Of a stretch of 64,000 nucleotides of DNA, positions 11,101 to 19,966 are shown piece by piece. Each line of letters opens with the position of its first letter. The stretch's first letter is position 1. The position numbers and the translations under genes were made by a program. The stretch lies in NCBI GenBank assembly GCA_965223905.1, contig CBDCXV010000001.1, positions 1,504,001 through 1,568,000 on the forward strand, given 5' to 3'. This stretch comes from Candidatus Latescibacterota bacterium (GTDB lineage Bacteria > Latescibacterota > UBA2968 > UBA8231). The notes beneath the pieces are model-generated. The model had not been told where the DNA came from and made no database searches. It saw nothing but the letters and a program-made list of their open reading frames with translations.

Positions 11101-11665
11101 CCTTCGCATCGCGACCTCGATGCAGATCTACTGGGACGCCGCGGCCCTCGCCGTCGGTGAGCCCGAGGCGCTCGCGGTCTCGACGCGGCTCGAGCCGCGC
11201 TCCGCCGAGCTCCACTACCGGGGGTATTCCCGCCTCTACCGGGAAGCGGCCTCCGGCCCCCACCTCTTCGACTACGCGGAAGTCCACTCCGGGCCCAGGT
11301 TCCGCGACATGCGCGGCACCTTCACGCGCTACGGTCCGGTCGCGGAGCTGCTCGCGGACGAAGATGATCGCTATGTAGTCATGAACGCCGGCGACGAGAT
11401 GACGATCCTCTTCGACTCGCCGCCACTCCCCGATCCGCCTCGCGGCTGGCGGCGCGACTACGTCCTCTACACCGACGGCTGGGTGAAGGATGCGGACCTG
11501 CACACCGCGTTTTCGCAGACCGTCGAACCATGGCCTTTTCATGGCATGACGGCCTACCCCCCGGAGTCGGAATACCGCCCGGATGGGTCGGAATATCTGA
11601 CCCGGGTCCTCTCCGACGGGCCTTTCCGCGACGCGCTGAAGGTGCAGGTCGAGTCCGCGGATTGA
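8195..11665 (+). CDS. TPR + FG-GAP + ASPIC-like secreted protein
   Basis: TGATG overlap with the upstream gene; TPR segment (NLAICYYRLNRAEEALRQVERARQLDPDN); many DxDxDGDxDL motifs; GSCPFLYTWDG; GWVKDAD. Confidence 0.9.
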   Translation: MENATIHRLLPLFLAARPLPAFLLLLAIRSPTLADPAEEARLREAARLRSVALARMEDGEYERAADHLEELARALPDNILPPVNLAICYYRLNRAEEALRQVERARQLDPDNARMLYTLARILGEDPGRARVWREVIDHFAATHPRDPRPYYLEARHLALGGQFAAAVPLFQQALASAPENLVLLADLLVAAAEAADAETTAGALYGIEDRLNGFEGSMADYARRIHPLVEAGKTQGLRPAARVMRNLLRPTELYRLHLVPLTGVRQAGGAGLFPQHDFDPPLPGSIQGGQDIDIAFAQSGDFARLDLPQAATWRVGRQPGRELMLGAGDHGLVEVAFSAGGFQARSIELQPAARGPVVSCDIDQDEIADLVIADPARGVLVYHGEADGSFAPARTVSAARDGDRYAGLFPLDIDHEGDLDLFVAVAREAAADLYLQNNGDGTWTERAAELGLAGAAVATTDIAVADFDDDGDLDLLTVHPTGHPRLYLNHRTGAFDDGSAACGLDQLPAGYRAVHTADFDNDGRFDLLLWGEEAAQAVFANRGAAFEPVALPGSADGGWSSAEVGDYDNDGDQDVAAIAAGTGELLLLRNRRLSFHLIPAGGSAAGTASLIDGDFDGDGDLDLLASGPGAKPRLFSNQGGNRNNWVRISLKGLNDNNAKNNIQGMFSRVEARAGDSFQVLLGNGGVNHLGLGARRVADVIRVVWTNGLAQNWQLVSANQTLVEEQVLKGSCPFLYTWDGDGFEFVTDLMWRSPLGMILADGSPAPHQSARDFVLIPGERLQPADGELWLQITEELWETAYVDRCYLLAVDHPAAVELVVDEKFTPPPYATEAPIHWLADRLLPVAARDHQGRNVLAQLEHRDGDYVDGLPLSRYQGLTEGHFVEMTFPQVPAGERLRLVLWGWIFPTDTSINFALAQDGSRDLKGPSLEVRGADGGFRVLSPFIGFPNGKRKAMVVELTDLVPSGDLTLRIATSMQIYWDAAALAVGEPEALAVSTRLEPRSAELHYRGYSRLYREAASGPHLFDYAEVHSGPRFRDMRGTFTRYGPVAELLADEDDRYVVMNAGDEMTILFDSPPLPDPPRGWRRDYVLYTDGWVKDADLHTAFSQTVEPWPFHGMTAYPPESEYRPDGSEYLTRVLSDGPFRDALKVQVESAD

Positions 11666-11731
11666 AGCCTTCAGGCCCTGAGCCGGGTCGGGAGGATGGT
11701 CCGGCAGTTTAAATTTACTGATATCATTACC

Positions 11732-11819
11732 CATGCCGTGTCGCGGAAAGTTGAATGCCGATTCGGGCGTCGGGAGGCACCGGCGGTCGATCCGGCGAGA
11801 TTTATGCGACGCGACACCG
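11732..11819. repeat. Degenerate MITE-like element with imperfect terminal inverted repeats
   Basis: TGCCGTGTCGCGGAAA ... TTTATGCGACGCGACAC; ends resemble the TAGTGTCGCGTC end of copy A. Confidence 0.45.
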
Positions 11820-11874
11820 GGCATTCCATTCCCGCGGGTCACCCGAGCCGCCGCCGCCGCGCTCCGGGCGACCG

Positions 11875-13803
11875 ATGCGGTCCCTTCAAACAGCCGACGG
11901 GGAAAAGGAGCAGGTGGTACCCAGATTGGTATGGACGCGCTGGTCCGGGCCGGAGATTCTCTTCTACCCCTTGCTCGCCCTCTACATCCGCTACGGGCTC
12001 GACCCGCGGATGCTGTACCATGCATTCGGCATTGTGGTGCCCTACCCGACCTTCCGCACCGGCTGGGCCTTCTTCCAGGAGCATCTGCACCGGCCGGGCG
12101 GGATGGTGGAATACCTGGGGGCCCTGCTGTCCCATGGGTTCAACTATTCCTGGGTCGGTACCGTCATCATCGCGGGAACCGCCTGGTTGATCTGGGCTGG
12201 CACCCGAAGACTCATCGCTGTTGGTTCCGGAGGGACCTCGCAAGGGGGCCCGCTCTGGCTGGCCTACCTGCCGGTAGTTCTCCTCCTGGCAACCTACAAC
12301 GGCTTCGAGCACCCCGTTGCCAGCTACGACCGCTATCCAGGCCCCTTGACGAGCAGTGTCGGCCTTGTGGTAGCCCTGTGGTTCGCTGTTGGCCAGGCAG
12401 CGCTCCCTGTGCGCGGGAGAGGGGCGCGCGCGATCGCGTTCATCGCGCTGAACGCCTTGGCGCATTTCGCCGCCGGTGGTGGGAGCCTGCACTTTGCCCT
12501 GTTGACGGCCATCCACGAGGTCTCCCGCCGCCGCTGGCTCACCTCCGCCGTCTGCTTGCTGCTTGGGGTCGCGATCCCGGCCGCGTTGAGCGGCTACGCC
12601 TATGACCTCATCATCGCCGATGGCTGTACCCGGCTGCTGCCATGGAGTTACTGGACGAAGCCCTGGTCCTACGTTTACGCCGTTTGCACGTACCTTTCCG
12701 TGCCTGCGGTCGTGGCCCTTGCCGCGGCGCGGCGTCGCCTCCCCCTGCCGCGCAGCCTGGGCTCGTGGGCGGTCGTGCCCGGCCCCCCGGCGCGGCTGCT
12801 CGCCCCGCTCCTCCTCGCCATCCTCGGGCTGGCTGTTTCCTTCGATGGTTTTCGGCGGGACTTTTTGCAAATCACCCAACTGTCGCGCCAGCAGAGGTGG
12901 TCGGAGGTCGTGGAGAGAGCGAAAGAGCTGCCTCCCGGTGGATTCCAGCATCCCTATTTCCACCGCGAGACGCTGCGGGCGCTCTACCACATCGGCCGGC
13001 TCGGGGATGAGCTGTTCTCTTTCCCGCACCGCGCCTCCGGGCGCACGGTCCCCTTCCTGTCCCTGCCCAGGGACAGGGAACCCCAGCTGTGGGACCATGC
13101 CCAGATCGCCGACCTCGCCCTCGAGCTGGGCGACGTCAACCGCGCCGAGCACTTTGCACATGAACTGCTCGAGGGCGCCGGAGAGGGCCCGGCGGTGGTT
13201 CACAAGCTCGCCCTCATCAACATGGTCAAGGGGCAGACCGAAACAGCGCGGGTGTTCCTCAACGCCCAGAGCGAATACCTGGTGGGCGGGGGGCAGGGGA
13301 GAAGCCTTTTGCGACGCCTGGAAGAAGACCCCGGACTCGACTCGGACGAGCGGGTGCAGCAGTTGCGGGCCGTCATCTTCCTCGAGGACGATGTCGCGTT
13401 CATCGAAAAGGACCCCGAAGACGCAGAATCGGTGGAGACCCTCATCGCGCTTCTCCAGCGAAACAAAAGGAACAGAATGGCGTTCGAATACCTGTTGGCC
13501 CGATACCTGATGAGTGGCCAGGCGGCCAGGGTCGTCGAGAACCTGGGCCGCCTCGCGGATTTCGGCTACCGGGAGATCCCCCGGCATTACGAAGAGGCGG
13601 TCCTCGTTCACGAGTTGGCGACGGGTGCGAGGGTGAACGTCCCGGGTTTTGCCGTCAGCGAGGATGCGCGTCGGCGCTTCGCGGAATTCAAGAGGATTTC
13701 ACGGCAGTTCAGGAACAACCCCGGAGAGGCGATGAGTCATCTGGCGCCTCGATTCGGACACAGCTTTTTCTTCTATCGCACCTTCGGGCAATCGGGAGTG
13801 TAG
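11875..13803 (+). CDS. DUF6057-family multi-pass membrane protein with C-terminal TPR-like region
   Basis: PGGMVEYLGALLS, about 8 hydrophobic segments, GRLGDELFSFP, NRMAFEYLLA, IPRHYEEA. Alternative GTG start at 11914. Confidence 0.75.
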   Translation: MRSLQTADGEKEQVVPRLVWTRWSGPEILFYPLLALYIRYGLDPRMLYHAFGIVVPYPTFRTGWAFFQEHLHRPGGMVEYLGALLSHGFNYSWVGTVIIAGTAWLIWAGTRRLIAVGSGGTSQGGPLWLAYLPVVLLLATYNGFEHPVASYDRYPGPLTSSVGLVVALWFAVGQAALPVRGRGARAIAFIALNALAHFAAGGGSLHFALLTAIHEVSRRRWLTSAVCLLLGVAIPAALSGYAYDLIIADGCTRLLPWSYWTKPWSYVYAVCTYLSVPAVVALAAARRRLPLPRSLGSWAVVPGPPARLLAPLLLAILGLAVSFDGFRRDFLQITQLSRQQRWSEVVERAKELPPGGFQHPYFHRETLRALYHIGRLGDELFSFPHRASGRTVPFLSLPRDREPQLWDHAQIADLALELGDVNRAEHFAHELLEGAGEGPAVVHKLALINMVKGQTETARVFLNAQSEYLVGGGQGRSLLRRLEEDPGLDSDERVQQLRAVIFLEDDVAFIEKDPEDAESVETLIALLQRNKRNRMAFEYLLARYLMSGQAARVVENLGRLADFGYREIPRHYEEAVLVHELATGARVNVPGFAVSEDARRRFAEFKRISRQFRNNPGEAMSHLAPRFGHSFFFYRTFGQSGV

Positions 13804-13806
13804 GAA

Positions 13807-15366
13807 GTGCTCAAACGCAAGTGGATCGCATTCCTGCCGGTGCTGGCCCTCTTGCCGGCGGCCCCCATCTTCTTCGCCGGGGCCGGGGCCAGGCCGGCAG
13901 GCACCGGCGGTTACACCGAGGTTGGACGGCCTCCCGCGCTCCGGCCGGATTACGTCGGCACGGTCATTCCGGCCAACATCGGTCCTCTCAATTTCGCCAT
14001 CCAGGAGCCGGGTGAGCGCTACTTCGTCAGAATGAGCTCTGCGCGCGGCGACGCCCTCGAGATCTCCACCCGGGGACCCAGCGTCGACATCCCCGTCGCC
14101 CCGTGGCGCCGCCTGCTGGAGCTCAACCGGGGGGAGGATCTCTCCCTCGAGATCTACGCCATGGCTTCGGATGGAGGCTGGAGGCGCTACGAGACGGTCG
14201 CGAACCGGATCGCGACCCGGGAGATCGACCCCAACCTCGTCTACCGCAAGCTGAATCCGAACTACAACTTCTGGTCCGACATCGGCATCTACCAGCGCGA
14301 CCTCTCCGGCTTCGACGAATCCGTCGTGCTGCATGGGAGCGCCATGGGAACCGGCTGCGTCAACTGTCACACCTTCAACAACGGCAATCCCGAGCGCATG
14401 TTCGTGGGCATTCGCGGCGGCAGCTTCGATTCGGGCACCCTGCTTGCGGACGAGGAAAAGGTGGACAAGATCGGCGCCAGCTGGGGCTACATGTCATGGC
14501 ATCCAAGCGGCCTGGTAACCGCACAGATCATGATGAAGGTGAGGCAGTTCTTCCACCGCGCCGGGATGGAAGTGCGGGACGTGGTCGATCTCGACGCCGC
14601 CCTCGTCTACTACGACCTGCGCACCCAGGCTCTCAGAACCGCCCCCGGGATATCCGACGACCAGCGCCTGGAGACTTACCCGACGTGGTCGCACGATGGC
14701 AGGCACCTCTACTTCTGCAGCGCGCCCATCCCGTGGAAAGATCGCGACCGGATGGTCCCCGAGGACTACGACCAGGTCAAATACGACTTGCGCCGCGTCA
14801 GCTACGACGTGGAAGCCGACCGCTGGGGGGAGCCGGAGACCGTACTGTCCGCTGACGAGACGGGGTTGAGCATTCTGCTGCCGCGCGTCTCACCGGATGG
14901 TCGTTTCCTCCTGTTCTGCATGACCGAGTACGGCTGCTTCCCCATTTTCCAACCAAGCAGCGACCTCTACATGATGGAGCTGGAGAGCGGCGACTATACC
15001 CGGTTGGCGATCAACAGCGAGTTCTCCGAGTCGTGGCACTCGTGGTCGACGAACGGCTCCTGGATTGCCTTCAGCAGCAAGCGCCGGGGTGGACTGTTCA
15101 CCAGACTGTACATCAGTCACGTCGATGAGGAGGGGAGGGTGTACAAGCCGTTCATCCTGCCGCAGAGGGATCCCCTGTTTTACGACGCCCACCTGAAAGC
15201 CTTCAGCGTACCCGAGTTCACTACCGGTCCGGTCCGAATCGCCCAGAGAGAGATGGCCAGCGCCGCCCGCGGCCCGGCCACCATCGAGGTCGTCAGCCCG
15301 GTCGTCTTCGACTCGACGCCGAGGGCGGGGGCCATGCTGACAGGTTCCCCGGTAGGACAACCTTGA
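13807..15366 (+). CDS. TolB/PD40 beta-propeller protein with a single CxxCH motif
   Basis: PDYVGTVIPANIGPLNF; GCVNCHTF; ETYPTWSHDG, PRVSPDG, SWHSWSTNG repeats; KPFILPQ. Confidence 0.85.
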   Translation: MLKRKWIAFLPVLALLPAAPIFFAGAGARPAGTGGYTEVGRPPALRPDYVGTVIPANIGPLNFAIQEPGERYFVRMSSARGDALEISTRGPSVDIPVAPWRRLLELNRGEDLSLEIYAMASDGGWRRYETVANRIATREIDPNLVYRKLNPNYNFWSDIGIYQRDLSGFDESVVLHGSAMGTGCVNCHTFNNGNPERMFVGIRGGSFDSGTLLADEEKVDKIGASWGYMSWHPSGLVTAQIMMKVRQFFHRAGMEVRDVVDLDAALVYYDLRTQALRTAPGISDDQRLETYPTWSHDGRHLYFCSAPIPWKDRDRMVPEDYDQVKYDLRRVSYDVEADRWGEPETVLSADETGLSILLPRVSPDGRFLLFCMTEYGCFPIFQPSSDLYMMELESGDYTRLAINSEFSESWHSWSTNGSWIAFSSKRRGGLFTRLYISHVDEEGRVYKPFILPQRDPLFYDAHLKAFSVPEFTTGPVRIAQREMASAARGPATIEVVSPVVFDSTPRAGAMLTGSPVGQP

Positions 15367-16802
15367 CCCGTTCGCAAACGACCCTCGCCGATCGGGCAGA
15401 GGCCCCCCGGTCCGTGGCCTCGCCGCGGCGGGAACGTCAATCCGGTTTGACTCGTCGCCGAATGATCAAACAGGGCCTCTGCGGCTGTCTGGCCGGCATG
15501 GCGCCCGGTTTGCTGCTGAACGGCTGCGGCCGCGAGAGCCGACCCCACATCCTTCTCGTCACGCTGGATACCACCAGGGCAGATCATCTGGGATGTTACG
15601 GCTACCCGCGCTCTACGAGCCCGAACCTGGACCGGCTCGCCTCCGAGTCGGTCCTGTACACCCGGGCCATCGCGCCTTCGAGCTGGACACTTCCGTCCCA
15701 TGCAGCCCTGTTCACGGGAAAGTTCACCGCATCCCACGGTGCGCAGTACCACCCGGAAGGACCTCTCCGCCTGAGCGAGGCGATCGAAACCCCGGAATCG
15801 TGGAAGGTGTTTCGCGCCCGCGGACTGGCCCGTGACGAAGTGACCATTGGACGGCTGTTGCAAGAGGCCGGCTACGCCACGGGCGCCGTGCTCGCGGGAC
15901 CGTGGCTGAAGAAGGTATTCGGACTGCACAAGGGGTTCAGCTACTACGACGACTCGTCGATCGGCTCGGTCTCCGGACGTCCCGCCAGCTCGGTCACTGC
16001 CAGCGCGTTGGATTGGATGGACAACAATCGCGGCCGCAGGCTCTTCCTGTTTCTCAACTACTACGACCCCCACAGCCCCTACATCCCACCGGAGAAATTT
16101 GCCTGGACCTTCGTGCCGGCGGGGGCGGATCTGCGCGGCCGCAAGGTCACGCCCGAGGAGCGGGTGGCCCTGTACGACGGCGAAATTCTCTACATGGACC
16201 GCTATATAGGTCACTTGCTGGAAGGGATGAGAGCGGACGGGATGTACGACGATGCACTGATCGTAGTGACGGCGGATCACGGCGAGTTGCTCGGCGAGCA
16301 CGGCAAGTTCGGTCACGGCAACTATCTGTATCAAGAGGAGATCCACATCCCCTTGCTCGTGAAGTATCCCCGCGGTGAAACTCGACCCGGGCGGACCGAT
16401 GCAGCGGTGCAGTTGCCGGACGTGATGGCCATCATCCTCGAGCGGCTCGGGTTGCCCCTTCCTGCCGGGACGCAGGGGGGTCTGCCCCCCGACAGCGGGC
16501 ACCCGCTGGTCGCCGAAGCCTATCCGCTGCCGGTCACGAGCTCCGACGGTCACTGGCGGGCGCTTCTCGAGGAGGACCACAAGCTGCTCTGGAACAGCAA
16601 GGGAGACCACCTGCTCTTCGACCTGAAAGCCGATCCCGGCGAACGAAACAACCTGGTGGCCTCGAAGCCGCGGCGCGCCGACGCCATGATGAGGCGCCTG
16701 AACGGCTACCTGGCCACTCTTCCCGCTCCTGGACCGCCCGGACCGGAGCGCAACCTCGATGAGGAAACCAGGAAGGCACTGGAGAGCCTGGGTTACTTGT
16801 GA
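15363..16802 (+). CDS. Tat-exported sulfatase-like hydrolase/transferase, lipoprotein
   Basis: LTRRRMIK twin-arginine signal and LLNGC lipobox; DTTRADHLGCYGY; SSWTLPSHAALFTG; YDPHSPY; ADHGE; C-terminal ALESLGYL. True start may be slightly downstream. Confidence 0.9.
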   Translation: MTRSQTTLADRAEAPRSVASPRRERQSGLTRRRMIKQGLCGCLAGMAPGLLLNGCGRESRPHILLVTLDTTRADHLGCYGYPRSTSPNLDRLASESVLYTRAIAPSSWTLPSHAALFTGKFTASHGAQYHPEGPLRLSEAIETPESWKVFRARGLARDEVTIGRLLQEAGYATGAVLAGPWLKKVFGLHKGFSYYDDSSIGSVSGRPASSVTASALDWMDNNRGRRLFLFLNYYDPHSPYIPPEKFAWTFVPAGADLRGRKVTPEERVALYDGEILYMDRYIGHLLEGMRADGMYDDALIVVTADHGELLGEHGKFGHGNYLYQEEIHIPLLVKYPRGETRPGRTDAAVQLPDVMAIILERLGLPLPAGTQGGLPPDSGHPLVAEAYPLPVTSSDGHWRALLEEDHKLLWNSKGDHLLFDLKADPGERNNLVASKPRRADAMMRRLNGYLATLPAPGPPGPERNLDEETRKALESLGYL

Positions 16803-17656
16803 GACCCACCCCCCGGCTGCCCGCGGCCGGAGGGCGTCCTGCGCGGCACCAACCGGAGCGTTGCCATGGCCGCGATCAGCGATATCACCGTCAGCCGGAC
16901 CAGCCATCCGGGACTGGCCTTGGGGTACTCGACGAAGATCCGTCTGAGTCCCGAATCTCTCGCCAGCACAGCGCCCCGGGGTTGCACGAGCGCTCGCCAC
17001 GGGCTCCTCTCCCGTGCCTGGGTGACGCTTTCGCCGCCCGCCGGACCCACGTGGAGGGGAAACGGTTCGAGATGGGCGCCGCGAACCAGGTGCAGCGCGT
17101 GAATCCCGGGTTCGAGAGGGCGCAAGCGCCAGACTATCTGAGCGACTGATGGCTTGCGAACCGTGGCCGTGACCTCGCCGCGGCCGCGCGCCCAGACGAG
17201 TTCGGGCATGGCGCCGGTCCGGTCTCCCCGGGCGGCAACCGCCGTCAGTTCCGCGGTCAGCAGGATGTCGGATCCGCTGGGAATCGGCAACAGTCCGAAG
17301 CGGTGATACGACTGTAGAACCAGAGGGGAAACGATGAGCACGGCGACGAGCAAAGGCGGAAAAAGGGCGCGCACGTAGCGGCCGTTCGCTCGCACCAACT
17401 CCCATTCCGCCCGCAGGAGGACTCCCGGTTCATGGCGGTACAGCCAGATCTCCAACAGGCAGGCGCGCAGATCCCGGCGCGCATCCTCCAGCCGGGCCCG
17501 GTTGAGAAGGCCGTTGAACACCAGGGACGCCGCGACGCCGATCGCGAGGGCAACCGTCACCAGCTGAGCCCCCTCCCCCAGCATGCCCGGGGGGGCCAGG
17601 CAGGCATCGAAAACGGCGTTCTCGAGGCGGTTCAGGTAGTCGATCAGGTTTCCCAC
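16793..17656 (-). CDS. Hypothetical membrane protein
   Basis: Three hydrophobic segments; LLEIWLYRHEP motif; last gene of the NPP-like operon. Confidence 0.7.
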   Translation of the reverse strand: MGNLIDYLNRLENAVFDACLAPPGMLGEGAQLVTVALAIGVAASLVFNGLLNRARLEDARRDLRACLLEIWLYRHEPGVLLRAEWELVRANGRYVRALFPPLLVAVLIVSPLVLQSYHRFGLLPIPSGSDILLTAELTAVAARGDRTGAMPELVWARGRGEVTATVRKPSVAQIVWRLRPLEPGIHALHLVRGAHLEPFPLHVGPAGGESVTQARERSPWRALVQPRGAVLARDSGLRRIFVEYPKASPGWLVRLTVISLIAAMATLRLVPRRTPSGRGQPGGGSHK

Positions 17657-17682
17657 GAAGGGGGGCCATTCTCCTCAGGGGC

Positions 17683-17880
17683 TCATTCTATGTACCCCAG
17701 GCCCCGCAAGCGCTCCTGGACCATCTCGTCATCGCCGCTCTCGCCCGTCGCGGCGATCTCCTTCTCGATGCAGTGGTGGACGAACTCCTCGACGCTGGAG
17801 AAACCCGCCTTCTCCACGTGAGCCTTCACCCGTTCCAGCAGTTCCTCATCGAGGACGATCTTGTGCTTGAACAACTTCAT
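17683..17880 (-). CDS. Small CopG/ribbon-helix-helix-like protein with C-terminal ERLRGLGY motif
   Basis: KIVLDEELLERVKAHVEKAGFSSVEEFVHHCIEKEI followed by DEMVQERLRGLGYIE; GGAG upstream. Confidence 0.8.
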   Translation of the reverse strand: MKLFKHKIVLDEELLERVKAHVEKAGFSSVEEFVHHCIEKEIAATGESGDDEMVQERLRGLGYIE

Positions 17881-17902
17881 GCCGATGCCAACTCCCTCTC
17901 CA

Positions 17903-19966
17903 TCAATGGGGCCAGATGGATGTTCCCCCCTTCATGGGGCCAGGTCGTCCGATGCCGTAATACTCCAGTATGCTGCCCGGTATGTCTCTCAAGTGCGGGC
18001 GAACTTCGGGGCGCAGCGGCAGACTGCTGACCAGGACGCCGGGAACGGTATGGGAGGCCATGCAGTGGTCGCCGCTCCACGCCCACAGATTGTCCTGCAG
18101 CATCCGTGCTTCGATTTTTCCGAGAGCCCCCGCGCCCGAAGACCGGTAACCCCTGGCGTAGCCGATGAGGGCATCCGGGGAGGCGTCGGCTGCCGAGCCT
18201 TCCGGTTCGTCGACACGGTACACCGTCTCAACCACCGGCAGGCGGGAGAGGGGGTCGGCGACGGCGAGGAGCTTCCGGGTAATCTCGGCCAGGGTGGCAT
18301 CCCGATCCTCCGGTTCTACCGCACCCGGATTCTCCCGCCCGCGCAGGTTGAGGTAGAGGGCGTTGAGGCCCAGACCATAGGCTACGGTCTGGCGCCACAG
18401 GATCGCGTCCTTGTCCAGAACCGTCACCCCGTCGGGGTTCACCCCCTCTCCGACCCGGAGGTAGCCCTCGCTCAACAGCCAGGAGTTGAGATTGAAGGAG
18501 CGCTCGTAGGGGGCGAAGCCGTGGTCGGACAGGACCGCGATCGCTCCGTCGCCGCCGATGGATGCCACCGCCTCCCCCAGGAGGTCATCCATGGCCTCGT
18601 ATTCCCTCTCGATGGCATCGCCATGCGGCGCGAACTCCTCCCGGTAACCCGGATGCGAGGGATCGGTCGCGCGCCACAACATGTGACAGACCTGGTCGAG
18701 GCTATGGATGTAGAAGAAAAGGAACCCCTCGGTGAACCGTTCGAGCTCGTGACGCAGCTGTCCTCTCCTCTCCGCAAGCGCCAGCCGGTTCTGGCCGAGG
18801 AACTCTTCGTAATCGAGCACCTCCGCCTCCAGGGCCTTCGTGTCGTCCGGCATGCCCTGCGTGTAGTAAGGTCCGATCGCCTCCTGAAGGCTTGCCGCCT
18901 CGTCCTCCGGTACGGAAATCGGCATGGCCGGGTTGGTTGGATCGAGATTGACCGGAGTCATGTACAGCTGAACCTTCGGTACCACGGCTTTGAGATAGAA
19001 GCGCACGATCCCGGTAAGACGGGTGAGCCGGTAGTCCTCGCGGCCGTAGTCGACCCGCAGCCACCGGCTCCATTCTCCGGGCCGCAACACCGCACGCTGT
19101 TCCGCAAGTACTATTTCCACAGCCCCGGCCGCCGCCGGCACCGAGCCGGCCGGCCCTTCCCGATCGACGTACAGGTGGAACCGGGCCTGTCGCGATCCCT
19201 CGCCGCTATCCGGCCCCAGGATTTGAAGCACCGCCCGCCCGTCGTCGAGGTTCAGGCTCACGATGCGCCCTCCGGGGATGCGCAACTCGCCTCCGGAGCC
19301 CAGGGTCCTGCCACCTTCGTCCATGTGGGCGGGTACCGTGTAGGGAGCTTCCGTGTAATAGGTGAACGTCCCGTAGGTGCCGAGAATGTCCGGGGTCCCC
19401 ATTCCCGCGAAAGCGCGATAACAGGAGCACCCGAACAAGCCCGTCGCCAATCCCTGGGGCGGCGAGGCCGGTGGGAAATTGGCCGGCACCCTGAAAATCG
19501 TCGCCGGGACGCCTGCTTCGATCAGGTAATCCCAGAACGGCCTGCCCCGCCGCTGCAGCTCCATCTCCCCGCCGGCCCCTTTTCTCGACGTCGACAGGTA
19601 GGGGATGAGGGTGGCGGGATCGCGGTGGATGAAATCGAAAATGCCGTGGTCTACCGGTTGCAACCCGGTGATGAACGTGGACCAGGCTACCGGGCTCTGC
19701 GGCGGCATCGTCGTCGCCAGCGGGACGAAACCACCGGACTCGGCAAGCGCCTGGAAATGGGGCATGCGGCCCGTGCCCATGAGCCGGGACAGGATCCGCG
19801 GGTCCATGCCGTCGATGCCGAGCACCAGCAACCGGGGAGCCTCCGCCCCCGAACGGCATCCATCCGCCCCAGGCAGGGAGCCTGCCGCAAGACAGACCAG
19901 CAGGACCGTGCCGATGGCGACCGCCGTCCTCGAGGCGCTACGAGGTGGCGGCCGTCGATCGTCCAT
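17903..19966 (-). CDS. Alkaline phosphatase superfamily protein (type I phosphodiesterase/NPP-like)
   Basis: LLVLGIDGMD; PPQSPVAWSTFITG; HGIFDF; DQVCH; SDHGF; WSGDHC. Start moved to MDDRR (19966). Confidence 0.88.
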   Translation of the reverse strand: MDDRRPPPRSASRTAVAIGTVLLVCLAAGSLPGADGCRSGAEAPRLLVLGIDGMDPRILSRLMGTGRMPHFQALAESGGFVPLATTMPPQSPVAWSTFITGLQPVDHGIFDFIHRDPATLIPYLSTSRKGAGGEMELQRRGRPFWDYLIEAGVPATIFRVPANFPPASPPQGLATGLFGCSCYRAFAGMGTPDILGTYGTFTYYTEAPYTVPAHMDEGGRTLGSGGELRIPGGRIVSLNLDDGRAVLQILGPDSGEGSRQARFHLYVDREGPAGSVPAAAGAVEIVLAEQRAVLRPGEWSRWLRVDYGREDYRLTRLTGIVRFYLKAVVPKVQLYMTPVNLDPTNPAMPISVPEDEAASLQEAIGPYYTQGMPDDTKALEAEVLDYEEFLGQNRLALAERRGQLRHELERFTEGFLFFYIHSLDQVCHMLWRATDPSHPGYREEFAPHGDAIEREYEAMDDLLGEAVASIGGDGAIAVLSDHGFAPYERSFNLNSWLLSEGYLRVGEGVNPDGVTVLDKDAILWRQTVAYGLGLNALYLNLRGRENPGAVEPEDRDATLAEITRKLLAVADPLSRLPVVETVYRVDEPEGSAADASPDALIGYARGYRSSGAGALGKIEARMLQDNLWAWSGDHCMASHTVPGVLVSSLPLRPEVRPHLRDIPGSILEYYGIGRPGPMKGGTSIWPH

